The notes beneath the pieces are model-generated. The model ran no database searches. It had not been told where the DNA came from and saw only the letters and a program-made list of their open reading frames with translations. Below are positions 33,287 through 43,195 of a DNA stretch of 64,000 nt, one piece after another. The position numbers and the translations under genes are program-made. Location of the stretch: NCBI GenBank assembly GCA_038131935.1, contig JAYPQH010000032.1:160001-224000 (forward strand), written 5' to 3'. Origin of the DNA: Alphaproteobacteria bacterium (lineage in GTDB: Bacteria; Pseudomonadota; Alphaproteobacteria; UBA8317). Position 1 is the stretch's first letter. Every line of letters starts with the position of its first letter.

Positions 33287-33920
33287 GATCATTGAACGGC
33301 TGAAGAAGCTTGCCACCCCAACCATTGCGAACGCAATTGATGAAATTGGCCAAGGCGGTATCATGAAAGGTATTCACGCTGTAGGCGCAGGTTTTAAATG
33401 TGCGGGACGCGCCGTAACCGTTCGTCAAGTGACAGGGCCATTAGGAAGTTTCAAAGTTGAGGACTTTCGGGTTGGTCATATGATCGATGCAGCAGGTCCT
33501 GGTGATATTATTGTGGTCGCCAATGGTGGTGCGGAGGTGTCCACATTTGGGGGCATGGCAGCCTATGCTGCAAAACATCGCGGTATTGAGGGACTGGTTG
33601 TCGATGGGGGTGTAAGAGACCGTGAAGAAATTATCGAGTTTGGTTTTGATGTTTTTTCTGTCCATGTCACCCCTACTCCTGGAAAAACGCGTTTGAAAGT
33701 TGAGCAAATCAATGAAACGATTGTAGCTTGTGGGGTAACGGTTAATCCAGGTGACGCAATACTCGCTGATGGTAGTGGTGTTGCGGTTCTACCTCGAGAT
33801 CATGCTGAGCACATCATCACCTTAGCGGAAGGGTATGCACGCGATGATGAAAAGGCTTTGGAAGAATTGGCAAATGGCCTAAGCTTTACTGAGGCCTTAA
33901 AGAAATTTGCCAAAATTTAA
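33267..33920 (+). CDS. RraA-like / HMG aldolase-oxaloacetate decarboxylase family protein
   Basis: GRAVTV, FGGMAA, GLVVDGGVRD, VNPGDAILADGSGV. Confidence 0.87.
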   Translation: MTKLPDEIIERLKKLATPTIANAIDEIGQGGIMKGIHAVGAGFKCAGRAVTVRQVTGPLGSFKVEDFRVGHMIDAAGPGDIIVVANGGAEVSTFGGMAAYAAKHRGIEGLVVDGGVRDREEIIEFGFDVFSVHVTPTPGKTRLKVEQINETIVACGVTVNPGDAILADGSGVAVLPRDHAEHIITLAEGYARDDEKALEELANGLSFTEALKKFAKI

Positions 33921-34024
33921 GGTGCTTCATGAGTTCAAGGTTCACATGTCATAGACTTTGGTCTATGTGATGGAGCTGTTTATTGGGATAACCCCCAATG
34001 AATCATCTAAAAAGGGAGAGTATA

Positions 34025-35068
34025 ATGATCAGAACAGTTACCAAAGCCCTCGTTATTGTTGGGGTGGCAAGTTCACTCAGCATGGGCACGGCTTTGGCTG
34101 GCGGCCATGGCGCCACAGTCGAAGGACCAAAAGTTTTTTGGAAACTTTCAACATGGGGAAACCCACGTGCATTTACCAAAGGTATTGAACACCTATCCGA
34201 GCAGTTGGCCAAAAAAACAGGCGGCAACTTTACCTTAAAGATTTTTTACGGTGGACAGCTGTCAAAGAACAAGGAAAACCTTGACGGTTTGAAGGCAAAT
34301 GCCTTCGAAATGGCAACATTTTGTAACTTTTATCACCCCGGCAAAAACCCGGCTTTGATGGTTATGACCATGCCATTTTTACCTGTGAAAGATTTTGATT
34401 CAGCTGCACGTGTGCGCCGTGGACTTTATGAGCATCCCATCGTCAAAGAAGAAATGGCGAAATGGAATGCGATGTATTACGAGTCAAGTCATCTTCCACA
34501 ATATGAATTTGTTGGTAAAGGTGATGCCCCTATGACACTTGAGGGTTTCAAGGGTATGCGCGTTCGTGCCGGTGGTGGCGTTGGTGTCGCCATGGAAGTT
34601 TTGGGCGCGACACGCCAGTCCATGCCAGCACCTGAAGTCTATACCGCAATGCAGCGTGGTACCGTTGACGCCGCATCATTCCCCTTCTCTTATGCTCATG
34701 GTGCATACAAAACTTTTGAAATTGGCGACTGGTTCACGTCTAATCTGTCTCCTGGCACCTCAGATTGCCCCATCGTTGTAAACAAAACAGCTTTTGATAA
34801 TCTTCCAAAACAGTATCAAGACCTCATGATGGGTATGCGTGATGAAGTGATGGAAGTTTATCGTAACGCATACAAAGCAGCGGATGAAAAATATCTGCCA
34901 ATGTTCCGTGCTAAATTAAAAGAAATCACCTACTCAGATGCAGAGCTTGCTCGTTTCCAGGAACTGGGTGGTCGTCCTGTTTGGGACAAGTGGGTTGCAG
35001 ACAACAAGGATAAGTTTGATGCTCAAGCGATCCTTGACCTAACACTCAAACTTGCTAAGGGCGAATAA
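34025..35068 (+). CDS. dctP: TRAP transporter solute-binding subunit
   Basis: Signal peptide, KGMRVR, PEVYTAMQRGTVDA, NKTAFDNLP; AGGGAG RBS. Confidence 0.88.
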   Translation: MIRTVTKALVIVGVASSLSMGTALAGGHGATVEGPKVFWKLSTWGNPRAFTKGIEHLSEQLAKKTGGNFTLKIFYGGQLSKNKENLDGLKANAFEMATFCNFYHPGKNPALMVMTMPFLPVKDFDSAARVRRGLYEHPIVKEEMAKWNAMYYESSHLPQYEFVGKGDAPMTLEGFKGMRVRAGGGVGVAMEVLGATRQSMPAPEVYTAMQRGTVDAASFPFSYAHGAYKTFEIGDWFTSNLSPGTSDCPIVVNKTAFDNLPKQYQDLMMGMRDEVMEVYRNAYKAADEKYLPMFRAKLKEITYSDAELARFQELGGRPVWDKWVADNKDKFDAQAILDLTLKLAKGE

Positions 35069-35095
35069 ACGCTCCCTTTGGTTGTTAAAATAAGA

Positions 35096-35124
35096 TTGGG
35101 GTCTGATGGTCTATTGGACCCCAA
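35096..35124. terminator. Intercistronic hairpin after dctP
   Basis: TTGGGGTC...GACCCCAA inverted repeat. Confidence 0.55.
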
Positions 35125-35203
35125 AAAATTTGCCAAAAAATTTGATTGAATAGCTGGCAAAAAAATCAAATGTTACAGGGCTGTTTCCAAGAGGAGATCG
35201 AAT

Positions 35204-35830
35204 ATGGCCGGCACATCAGAGCATACGGAAGTGAACACTCCGGTTGGTTTTTTCCCTACCATTCTAGCGAAACTAGAAGATATGCTTAATATAGTTGCAG
35301 CCGTGACAATCTTTGCGGTCATGCTACTCACCACCGCCGGTATAGTTTCACGTATTCTTGGCGCCCCCATCCCAGCTTATTTGGAGATCTCCGAACTAGC
35401 GATCGCCATTTTTGCTTTTCTTGGTGTAGCCTATGCACAAAGACTAGGTACGCATATTCGGCTCGATATGATCGTGAAAAATGCACCAGGTTCACTCCGC
35501 TGGTTCATTGAATTGCTTGGAAGTGTTGTCAGCTTGTTGCTGGTCTTGGTCTTGATACGTTATTCTTGGGACTTTTTCTTAAACGCCTATCATATAGGTG
35601 ACAGTACATATGACTATGAGATCCCGACTTGGCCAGCGAAGCTTTTGGTACCCTTCGCATTCAGCGTTTGGGCCTTGCGCATCTTGGTAGAAATTTTTGG
35701 TTATTTTGAGCTCATCATTTCTCCAAACAATCGTCCTAGAAACGTTCCCCTCACATTGTCACCTGAGGAAGAAGCCCGACTAGAGATTGAACAATCTTCC
35801 ACATCAACCGATGGTTCTCGTAACCAATAG
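35204..35830 (+). CDS. dctQ: TRAP transporter small permease
   Basis: Four TM helices, HIRLDM motif. Confidence 0.87.
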   Translation: MAGTSEHTEVNTPVGFFPTILAKLEDMLNIVAAVTIFAVMLLTTAGIVSRILGAPIPAYLEISELAIAIFAFLGVAYAQRLGTHIRLDMIVKNAPGSLRWFIELLGSVVSLLLVLVLIRYSWDFFLNAYHIGDSTYDYEIPTWPAKLLVPFAFSVWALRILVEIFGYFELIISPNNRPRNVPLTLSPEEEARLEIEQSSTSTDGSRNQ

Positions 35831-35863
35831 GCGTCACACCAACCACCCATTAGAAGGATCACC

Positions 35864-37276
35864 ATGTTGGATATCAGTGCATTGATCGCAGGCCAACCAG
35901 AGGCCATTTTTGGTATTGGATATGCAGACACCGCGACGGTGGGGATGTACTGTATGATCTTACTCCTCATCCTCGTCGCAATGGGCGTGCGCGTTGTATT
36001 CGCAGCAGGAATTACAGGTCTCGTTGGCTTGGTAGAATTGATTGGCTGGAGTGGAGCTGCAGCGACCGTTGGCTCGATTCCCTACTCCAAATCGGTATCG
36101 TTTGTATTGGGGCTCTTGCCCATGTTCATTCTCATTGGATACCTCGCGTTTCACGCTGGTATGACGCGGCAACTTTTCCATGCCTCTAAAGTATGGTTGG
36201 GTTGGGTGCCAGGAGGTATGGCCGTCGCAACTGTCTTTGCTGCTGCTGGTTTTGCAGCTGTTTCTGGTGCATCAGTCGCCACGGCAGCCGTTTTTGCGCG
36301 CGTGGCCATCCCAGAGATGTTGGAAGCAGGATACAAAAAGACTTTAGCAGCGGGTGTTGTCGCAGCAGGCGGCACTCTTGCAACCCTTATTCCCCCATCT
36401 GCTATTTTGGTCATCTATGCCATCATTGTTGAGGAGTCCGTGGGGGCCCTCCTGATCGCAGGTTTTTTACCCGGTGTCTTCTCCGCCATTATTTATGGAC
36501 TAATTATTATCATCTGGGCCAAATTAAACCCAGATGCAGGTCCTGCTATAACAGGCTTTACCTGGGGAGATCGAATACGTGCTTTACCGGGCTTACTTCC
36601 CATTATGGCGGTTGCTATCATCATTATCACGGCTGTTTATGATGGTTGGGCAACACCAACAGAAGCAGGCGCCTTAGGTGCATTTATTGTACTTATCACA
36701 GCCTTTTTGAATGGCATGAGGTGGCCTGCATTAAAAGCAGCTCTGATGGAAACATCTAAGCTCGTTGTTATGATTTTTTGTTTGATTTGGGGCGTTCTGA
36801 TATTTGGTCGTTTCTTAGGATTTTCAGCTGTGCCAGAGGCCTTTGCCAATTGGATTCTATCGTTAGACCATGATCCTTACGTCATCTTATTTGCGATACT
36901 TATGGGATATGTGATCTTGGGAATGTTCATGGATGCCATTGGCCTACTTTTGCTCACACTGCCTGTTGTTTACCCTGCTGTTATGGCCCTCAATGGCGGT
37001 GAGTATGTTACCGCGGAAGACAGTGCATTTGGCATGACAGGCGCCCAAGCAAGTATCTGGTTCGGGATAATTGTTGTTAAAATGGCGGAAGTTTGTTTGA
37101 TCACCCCCCCCATTGGACTCAATTGTTTTGTGGTGAACGGTGTGAGGCCAGACATACCTCTTACCGATGTATTTAAAGGCATTGCTTTGTTTTTCGTGGC
37201 TGATGTGTTAACAATTATTGGGCTGATATTCTTTCCAGCTATTATCACATACTTACCGGATCAAATGTTTAACTAG
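35864..37276 (+). CDS. dctM: TRAP transporter large permease
   Basis: SGASVA, GGTLATLIPPS, TPTEAG, LITPPIGLN. Confidence 0.92.
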   Translation: MLDISALIAGQPEAIFGIGYADTATVGMYCMILLLILVAMGVRVVFAAGITGLVGLVELIGWSGAAATVGSIPYSKSVSFVLGLLPMFILIGYLAFHAGMTRQLFHASKVWLGWVPGGMAVATVFAAAGFAAVSGASVATAAVFARVAIPEMLEAGYKKTLAAGVVAAGGTLATLIPPSAILVIYAIIVEESVGALLIAGFLPGVFSAIIYGLIIIIWAKLNPDAGPAITGFTWGDRIRALPGLLPIMAVAIIIITAVYDGWATPTEAGALGAFIVLITAFLNGMRWPALKAALMETSKLVVMIFCLIWGVLIFGRFLGFSAVPEAFANWILSLDHDPYVILFAILMGYVILGMFMDAIGLLLLTLPVVYPAVMALNGGEYVTAEDSAFGMTGAQASIWFGIIVVKMAEVCLITPPIGLNCFVVNGVRPDIPLTDVFKGIALFFVADVLTIIGLIFFPAIITYLPDQMFN

Positions 37277-37288
37277 AGGATAATTTCC

Positions 37289-38524
37289 TTGCAGCCTCTT
37301 ACAAATTACGCACCGCGTGATATCACGCGGGCGAGCATGGCCATTGTAGCTTTTTGCTTTTTCATGCACATGCTTGCACGCGGTTTGTCTGAGACAATAG
37401 CGGTTTTTCTACTTCCTGTAACCCAAGACATGGGCTGGTCTAGGACCGAATTCAGCTCCATTTATGCAATATTTATGGCAACCCATGGTATTACAGCGCC
37501 CTTTATTGGTGCTATGTTTGATCGTTTCGGGCCCAAATGGATTTATATTCCAGCCATCATTTGCCTCGGACTTGGGTATCAAATTGCCTCACATATGCAA
37601 CATCTTTGGCATGCACAACTTGGGTTAGGGATTTTAATAGGTTTGGCCGTGTCGGGTATGGGTATGGCCGTGGCAACTGGAGTTATAAGCCGATGGTTTG
37701 ATAAAAACCTCACCATTGCAACATCAATTACCTATGCTGGCATGTCCGTTGGCATGATTGCTGTGGCGCCATTATCACAAGAATTAATTGAAACTTTTGG
37801 ATGGCGTGACGCATATTTTTACCTGAGTCTACCACCGCTGATCCTAGCGCCCTTGCTTATTTTGCTGCCTTGGAAACGGATTACTTTTGGTTATAAAAAT
37901 CAAAAGCCTATGACTTCTAAAAGATTTCTTATCCCTGCTTATGTTTTGAAACAACCTACTTTTTGGGGTTTGTTTATTAGCTTTTATGCGACTGCTGTTG
38001 CCATCTGGAACAGTGTTCTGCAAATCGCCGCTTACCTCGTTGAAATTGGCTTTTCACCAATCTTAGCAGCTACTGGTTTTGGGACCATGGGTGCCATGAG
38101 TATGGTCGGGATGCTGTTGGTTGGCTACCTTGCAGACCGATATCAGCGACATTGGGTGATCACCATTAGTTTTTTGATGACCGTTTTAGGCATTATTTGC
38201 ATTTGGCTTCTGCAATTCACACCAACGATAAGTATGATGTTTATCTCTGTCATGATGTTTGGATCTACCATGGGGTCAAGAGGGCCTGTTATATCCGCAT
38301 TGGTGGCAAAATTGTATCCTCAAATGGTTGGGGCAGTTTACGGTATGATTACCATCGCATTTGGACTTGGTGCCGCCACGGGCGGTATGCTTTCAGGCTT
38401 TCTACATGACGTAAGTGGTGGTTATGATGTGGTGTTTGCTGCTTCAATAATCGCATGCCTGATAGGTCTTGCACCTTATTGGATTCTATATACCTTAAAA
38501 TATGGACGTTGGCCTCACAGTTGA
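37289..38524 (+). CDS. MFS transporter
   Basis: About 12 TM segments; GAMFDRFG and GYLADRY motifs. Confidence 0.85.
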   Translation: MQPLTNYAPRDITRASMAIVAFCFFMHMLARGLSETIAVFLLPVTQDMGWSRTEFSSIYAIFMATHGITAPFIGAMFDRFGPKWIYIPAIICLGLGYQIASHMQHLWHAQLGLGILIGLAVSGMGMAVATGVISRWFDKNLTIATSITYAGMSVGMIAVAPLSQELIETFGWRDAYFYLSLPPLILAPLLILLPWKRITFGYKNQKPMTSKRFLIPAYVLKQPTFWGLFISFYATAVAIWNSVLQIAAYLVEIGFSPILAATGFGTMGAMSMVGMLLVGYLADRYQRHWVITISFLMTVLGIICIWLLQFTPTISMMFISVMMFGSTMGSRGPVISALVAKLYPQMVGAVYGMITIAFGLGAATGGMLSGFLHDVSGGYDVVFAASIIACLIGLAPYWILYTLKYGRWPHS

Positions 38525-38535
38525 GGGAGAAAGAT

Positions 38536-39687
38536 ATGGATAACTTTCAAGATATTAAAGATGCCATTCATAAACTGATGGAAGGCTTCGGGGAAGAATA
38601 TTGGATGGCATGCGATCGCGACAGTCGATTTCCTGAAGAATTTCGTGAAGCCATCGTAAAATCGGGTTGGTTGGGTATTGCAGTACCTGAAGCGTATGGT
38701 GGATCAGGCCTTGGCCTTCGTGAAGGTATTGTTATGATGGAAGCTGTGGCAAATTCACCAGGTGCTATGTCTGCAGCCTCAAGCATCCATATGGATATCT
38801 TTGGCCCCAAAAGTATTGTTCATCATGGGTCAGAAACGCAAAAACAAGAATGGTTACCTCAAATTATTTCAGGTACATTACGAACATGCTTTGGTGTGAC
38901 AGAGCCTGATGCTGGTCTTGATACAGGATCCATTACAACCAGTGCCCATCGTGATGGTGATCACTATATTATACGGGGAAGAAAAATTTGGACCTCAACA
39001 GCCCAACAAGCTGACCGTGTTATTCTCCTTGCACGTACAACGCCCAAGGAAGACTGCAAAAAATCTACAGATGGCCTGAGTCTATTTTTTGCGCCCCTTG
39101 ACCGGCGTTACGTTACGATTCAAGAAATTCCCAAAATGGGGCGCCATGCGGTGAATTCTAACATGGTGTTCTATGATGAATTACCTGTCCCAGCGTCCTG
39201 TCTTATTGGTGAGGAAGGACAAGGTTTTCGTATCCTGATTGATAGCTTGAACCCAGAAAGATGCCTTGTGGCTGCTGAAGCTATTGGGATTGGACGACAG
39301 GCTCTAAAAAGGGCTTGCATGTATGCCCGTGAGCGAGAAGTCTTTGGTCGTCCTATTGGCACAAACCAATCTATTCAACATCCCCTTGCAGAGAGTTACG
39401 CTGAACTTGAAGCGGCATGGCTGATGACGCAGAAGGCAGCAGACTTATATGATCAAGGGTTATCATGCGGGATAGAGGCCAACAGTGCTAAATATCTAGC
39501 TGGCGAAGCAAGCTTTAAAGCCTGTGAACGCGCCATTTTAACCCATGGCGGTATGGGGTATGCGAAAGAATACCATGTCGAGCGATTGATGAGGGAGGTC
39601 TGGATAAACCGTATTGCTCCCGTCTCTCAACAAATGGTTCTCAACTTCATCGCAGAACGTGCTTTGGGACTACCTCGTAGTTATTAA
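38536..39687 (+). CDS. Acyl-CoA dehydrogenase
   Basis: FGVTEPDAG, LNPER, REVFGRPIG, THGGMGY, IAPVSQQM. Confidence 0.9.
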   Translation: MDNFQDIKDAIHKLMEGFGEEYWMACDRDSRFPEEFREAIVKSGWLGIAVPEAYGGSGLGLREGIVMMEAVANSPGAMSAASSIHMDIFGPKSIVHHGSETQKQEWLPQIISGTLRTCFGVTEPDAGLDTGSITTSAHRDGDHYIIRGRKIWTSTAQQADRVILLARTTPKEDCKKSTDGLSLFFAPLDRRYVTIQEIPKMGRHAVNSNMVFYDELPVPASCLIGEEGQGFRILIDSLNPERCLVAAEAIGIGRQALKRACMYAREREVFGRPIGTNQSIQHPLAESYAELEAAWLMTQKAADLYDQGLSCGIEANSAKYLAGEASFKACERAILTHGGMGYAKEYHVERLMREVWINRIAPVSQQMVLNFIAERALGLPRSY

Positions 39688-39704
39688 AGAACTGATATTG
39701 GGGG

Positions 39705-40697
39705 TTAGGGTCTAACAATAATTGTTCCGATCGGACGGCCCTCTTCTTGCCTAAGATGAGCACTAGCTATTTGCTCCAAGGTAAATTCGCTATCGATGCG
39801 TCGAGGAAAAAGACCTTGTTCTAAAGCCTTTGCAACGAGGCTTGCACAAGCGAGTTTCTCTTCTTCAGTGATTTCAAATATGGCAACACCATGAAGAGAA
39901 ATATTACGGTACATGTAAGGCGCCCAAGGCAGTTGAGGCTCGGGATTGCTCGCTGATCCATAACTCGCAATTTTCCCGTTCTGGGCTATAAATGACCATG
40001 CATCTGACAAATGCGCACCCAAATCTACGTCCACCATCAAACGTGCCCCGGCTCCATTCGTGAGATCATGAACCGTTGTTTTGATCTGTTGAACATCGGG
40101 GGAAATGACCCAATTTGCGCCGGCCTTTTTTGCATCCTCTGCCCGCCGATCATCGCGGGCTGTAGCCAGTACCTGCGCACCCAACATTTTGGCAAGGACG
40201 ATTGCTGCATTACCAACAGCACCTGCACCACCTGTCACGATAACTAGGTCATCTGGTGAAATTTCTCCCAAACGTACCGCACGCGCAGCCGTCATGGCCG
40301 GGACCCCTAAACTTGCACCATGAGCAAAATCATCTTTATCAGCAAGGGGCATAGCCCTGGTTAAGGGGACAACGGTATACTCACTTGCAGCACCATCCCA
40401 ACGCTTGTGGGCACATTCCCAAGCCCAAACTCTTTTACCTATATGATGGGATGGAACATCAATACCAACATCCACAATCACACCGGCAGCATCAAAACCT
40501 GGGATCACCCTTGGATAGTTAAGAGCACCACGAAAGCCAGAGCGCCTTTTACAGTCTGTCGGATTCACCCCATGCGCCTCTACTTTGATGAGTACTTCGT
40601 TATGAGCTGGTTGAGGTATTTCCAAGCTACCGACTTGCAAGACATCCTTCGCAGCACCGGTTTGATCATAAAATGCAGCTCTCATTGTATTTTGCAT
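39705..40697 (-). CDS. NADPH:quinone reductase family (MDR) oxidoreductase
   Basis: GVNPTD, LGVPAMTA, TGGAGAVG. Confidence 0.85.
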   Translation of the reverse strand: MQNTMRAAFYDQTGAAKDVLQVGSLEIPQPAHNEVLIKVEAHGVNPTDCKRRSGFRGALNYPRVIPGFDAAGVIVDVGIDVPSHHIGKRVWAWECAHKRWDGAASEYTVVPLTRAMPLADKDDFAHGASLGVPAMTAARAVRLGEISPDDLVIVTGGAGAVGNAAIVLAKMLGAQVLATARDDRRAEDAKKAGANWVISPDVQQIKTTVHDLTNGAGARLMVDVDLGAHLSDAWSFIAQNGKIASYGSASNPEPQLPWAPYMYRNISLHGVAIFEITEEEKLACASLVAKALEQGLFPRRIDSEFTLEQIASAHLRQEEGRPIGTIIVRP

Positions 40698-40733
40698 GAA
40701 AAATAGCCCTCTGCTTTACCTATCATTTAACAT

Positions 40734-41931
40734 TCAATTTCCGAATGATTTCTGCTGATCAAGAACTTCTTGCAATATGTTTGTTGGAACTTCAAATTGC
40801 TCCAAAACCTCTTTTGTATGCTCACCAAGACAAGGAGGCTGCAAACGCATGGGCAAATTTTTTCCATCCCAGCGACCAGGAGGTGATGCGTACATCACCT
40901 CACCAGCATGAGGATGAATATGCTTTTGGAAAAAATTTACCTCACGCAGATGTTGATCATCCAATAGATCTTCAAGAGTGTTCACTGCACCACAGGCAAT
41001 TTCCGCTGACTGTAACAATGCTAACCATTCTTGAGTAGTTCGTGTTGGCATAACCTCTTCAACCAAAGCATATACATCATTAATGTTTTCCGATCGGGCC
41101 AACATCGTTGCAAATTTAGGATCATTAATGAGTTCAGGTCGATCGATAATTTGAAAGAAACGGGCCCATTGACGATCATGGTAAGCCAACATGCACAAAT
41201 GGCCATCTTTGGTAGGGAATGCTCTACGGAATCTCGATACTGCGCGTTCATAGCCCATACGTCCCTCTGGTGGCTGGAAACGATGACCAGCCAATTGTTC
41301 CACCATGGTAAAAGCAACCATGGTTTCATACATCGGCACCTCTACATGTCCACCAACACCGGTACGTAATTTTTGAATCAAAGCAGATTGAAGTGCAGAT
41401 ACGGCCATCAATGCTGATGTTTTGTCTGCAATAATGGAGGGTATCAATGAGGGTGTACCATCTCGTGCGGTAAAGCTTCCCGCAAGACCTGACTGACCTT
41501 GGATGACATCGTCATAGGCAGGCATATCTGCCCATGGTCCGTTCTGGCCATAACCTACAAGTTCACCATATATGATGCCCGGATTTAGCGTTTTCACATA
41601 TTCATAACCAAATCCTAGCGCCTTGATTTTTGCCGCACGCATATTGTGCACAAAAAAATCAGCCCGACGGCAAAGATGGCGCAAAGCGTCCTTCCCAGTT
41701 TCAGATTTCAAATCTAAGCAAATAGACCTTTTGTTACGATTTAACCCCATGAATAATGCGGACAAGACCACCTTCCTTTGTGGGGGTAATATGACGGACA
41801 TCATCCCCACGCAAAGGTTCTATCTTGATAACATCAGCCCCTAAATCTCCCAAAATTTGTGTGGTGTATGGTCCATAGACAACAGCGGTTAAGTCAAGAA
41901 CCATCAAATCTTTTAAAGGAAGTTGTGCCAT
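40734..41931 (-). CDS. Family III (CaiB/BaiF) CoA-transferase (split near 41775)
   Basis: LDLT.VVYGPY, DLGADVIKIE, NRNKRS, PAYDDVIQ, PCLGEHT. Confidence 0.87.
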
Positions 41932-43092
41932 TATTTTGCTCTTTGATTAAAACGACGACCAACCAACGACGACGCGAGATTGCTCTTTTGGATATCGATA
42001 CTTCCACCCGCGATACCCCATCCCCAAGCATCACGCATTTTTTGTTCGATCGGATATTCACGCGAATAACCGTATCCACCCATAAGTTGCATGGCCTTTC
42101 CCGTAACGTCTCGCACAATCTCGTTGGCAAAGCATTTGGCAATTGACGCATCACCCATGGATGGCAGTCCTGCTTGCGCGTTGGTGACAGCGCGGTACAG
42201 TAACAGGCGAGCAGCATCAACTTTCATTTTCATCTCAGCAAGATGAATCTGAACTGCTTGGAAATCAACCAAGGGCTTACCAAATTGTTCACGTTCTTGG
42301 GTATAGTCCAACACATAATCCAAAGCAGATTGTGCAATGGCTAAGCTCATGGTCGTGTTTCCACAGCGCTCTAGATCAAAAGCATCCATCAAGTGCTTGA
42401 ACCCGCCTGCAGGCACCAGCATGTAATGTTTTGGCACCCGTACATTATCAAAATACATATCGCATGATGGTACGCCAGTGAAACCCATATGGCGCTCCGC
42501 CTTGCCAAAAGTAAACCCAGGACAGTCCTTTGGCACAAATACCGCACCGATTCCCTTTGCACCAGGATCATCAGACATCCTAGCATACACAACATAACCA
42601 TGAGCGTGACCAGCACCAGAACTCCAGCGTTTCTGACCATTAATCACCACCTCATTTCCTTCGATTTTGGCAGTGGTTTTCAAGTCAGTCAGTGCGGTTC
42701 CAGCTTGAGGTTCAGACATGGAAATAGCCACCATCATATCACCTGAACAAACCTTGGGAAGAACTTCCCTTTTCAATGTCTCATTACCCAGATGTGCAAT
42801 CGCTAAAGATGGTCCAAAGGAGGCTTCAAAGACAGGCCACGCACTTGCTATGGATACTTTTGCTAATTCTTCAAGAACAATAACAGCATCTAAATGAGAG
42901 ACCAAGCCCACCATATTGTGGATCGAGATTGATACCCAAGAAACCCAATTGTGCGAACTGTTTGGTCATTTCCTCTGAAACGGGATTTCCGGTTTCTTCA
43001 ATCTGTTTGGCCTCCTCAACCAGTTTTTCACGTGCAAATCGTTGGGCGGTTTCGCGCAAGGCCAATTGATCATCGCTTAACTGAAAATCCAT
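41931..43092 (-). CDS. Acyl-CoA dehydrogenase (split near 42900)
   Basis: MSEPQAG, NGQKRW, REQFGKPL, GGYGY, IAGGS; 2-bp loss in a TC repeat. Confidence 0.87.
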
Positions 43093-43195
43093 AGGTATCA
43101 TGCTCCAAGTTACGGTTGTATTGATTATGAGTTTGCTTAATACTACTTACGTCGCAGAATTTTCTCATGATTTCCAGCCCTAAGTAAGGTAAAAT

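Noticed and set aside
41931-43092. 3-sulfinopropionyl-CoA desulfinase, suggested by the IAGG motif and flanking CaiB genes
   Set aside because: It keeps a Glu in FDLERCG (isovaleryl-CoA dehydrogenase-type catalytic position) and appears to lack the Arg/Cys/Gln set I recall for desulfinases; probably a true dehydrogenase.
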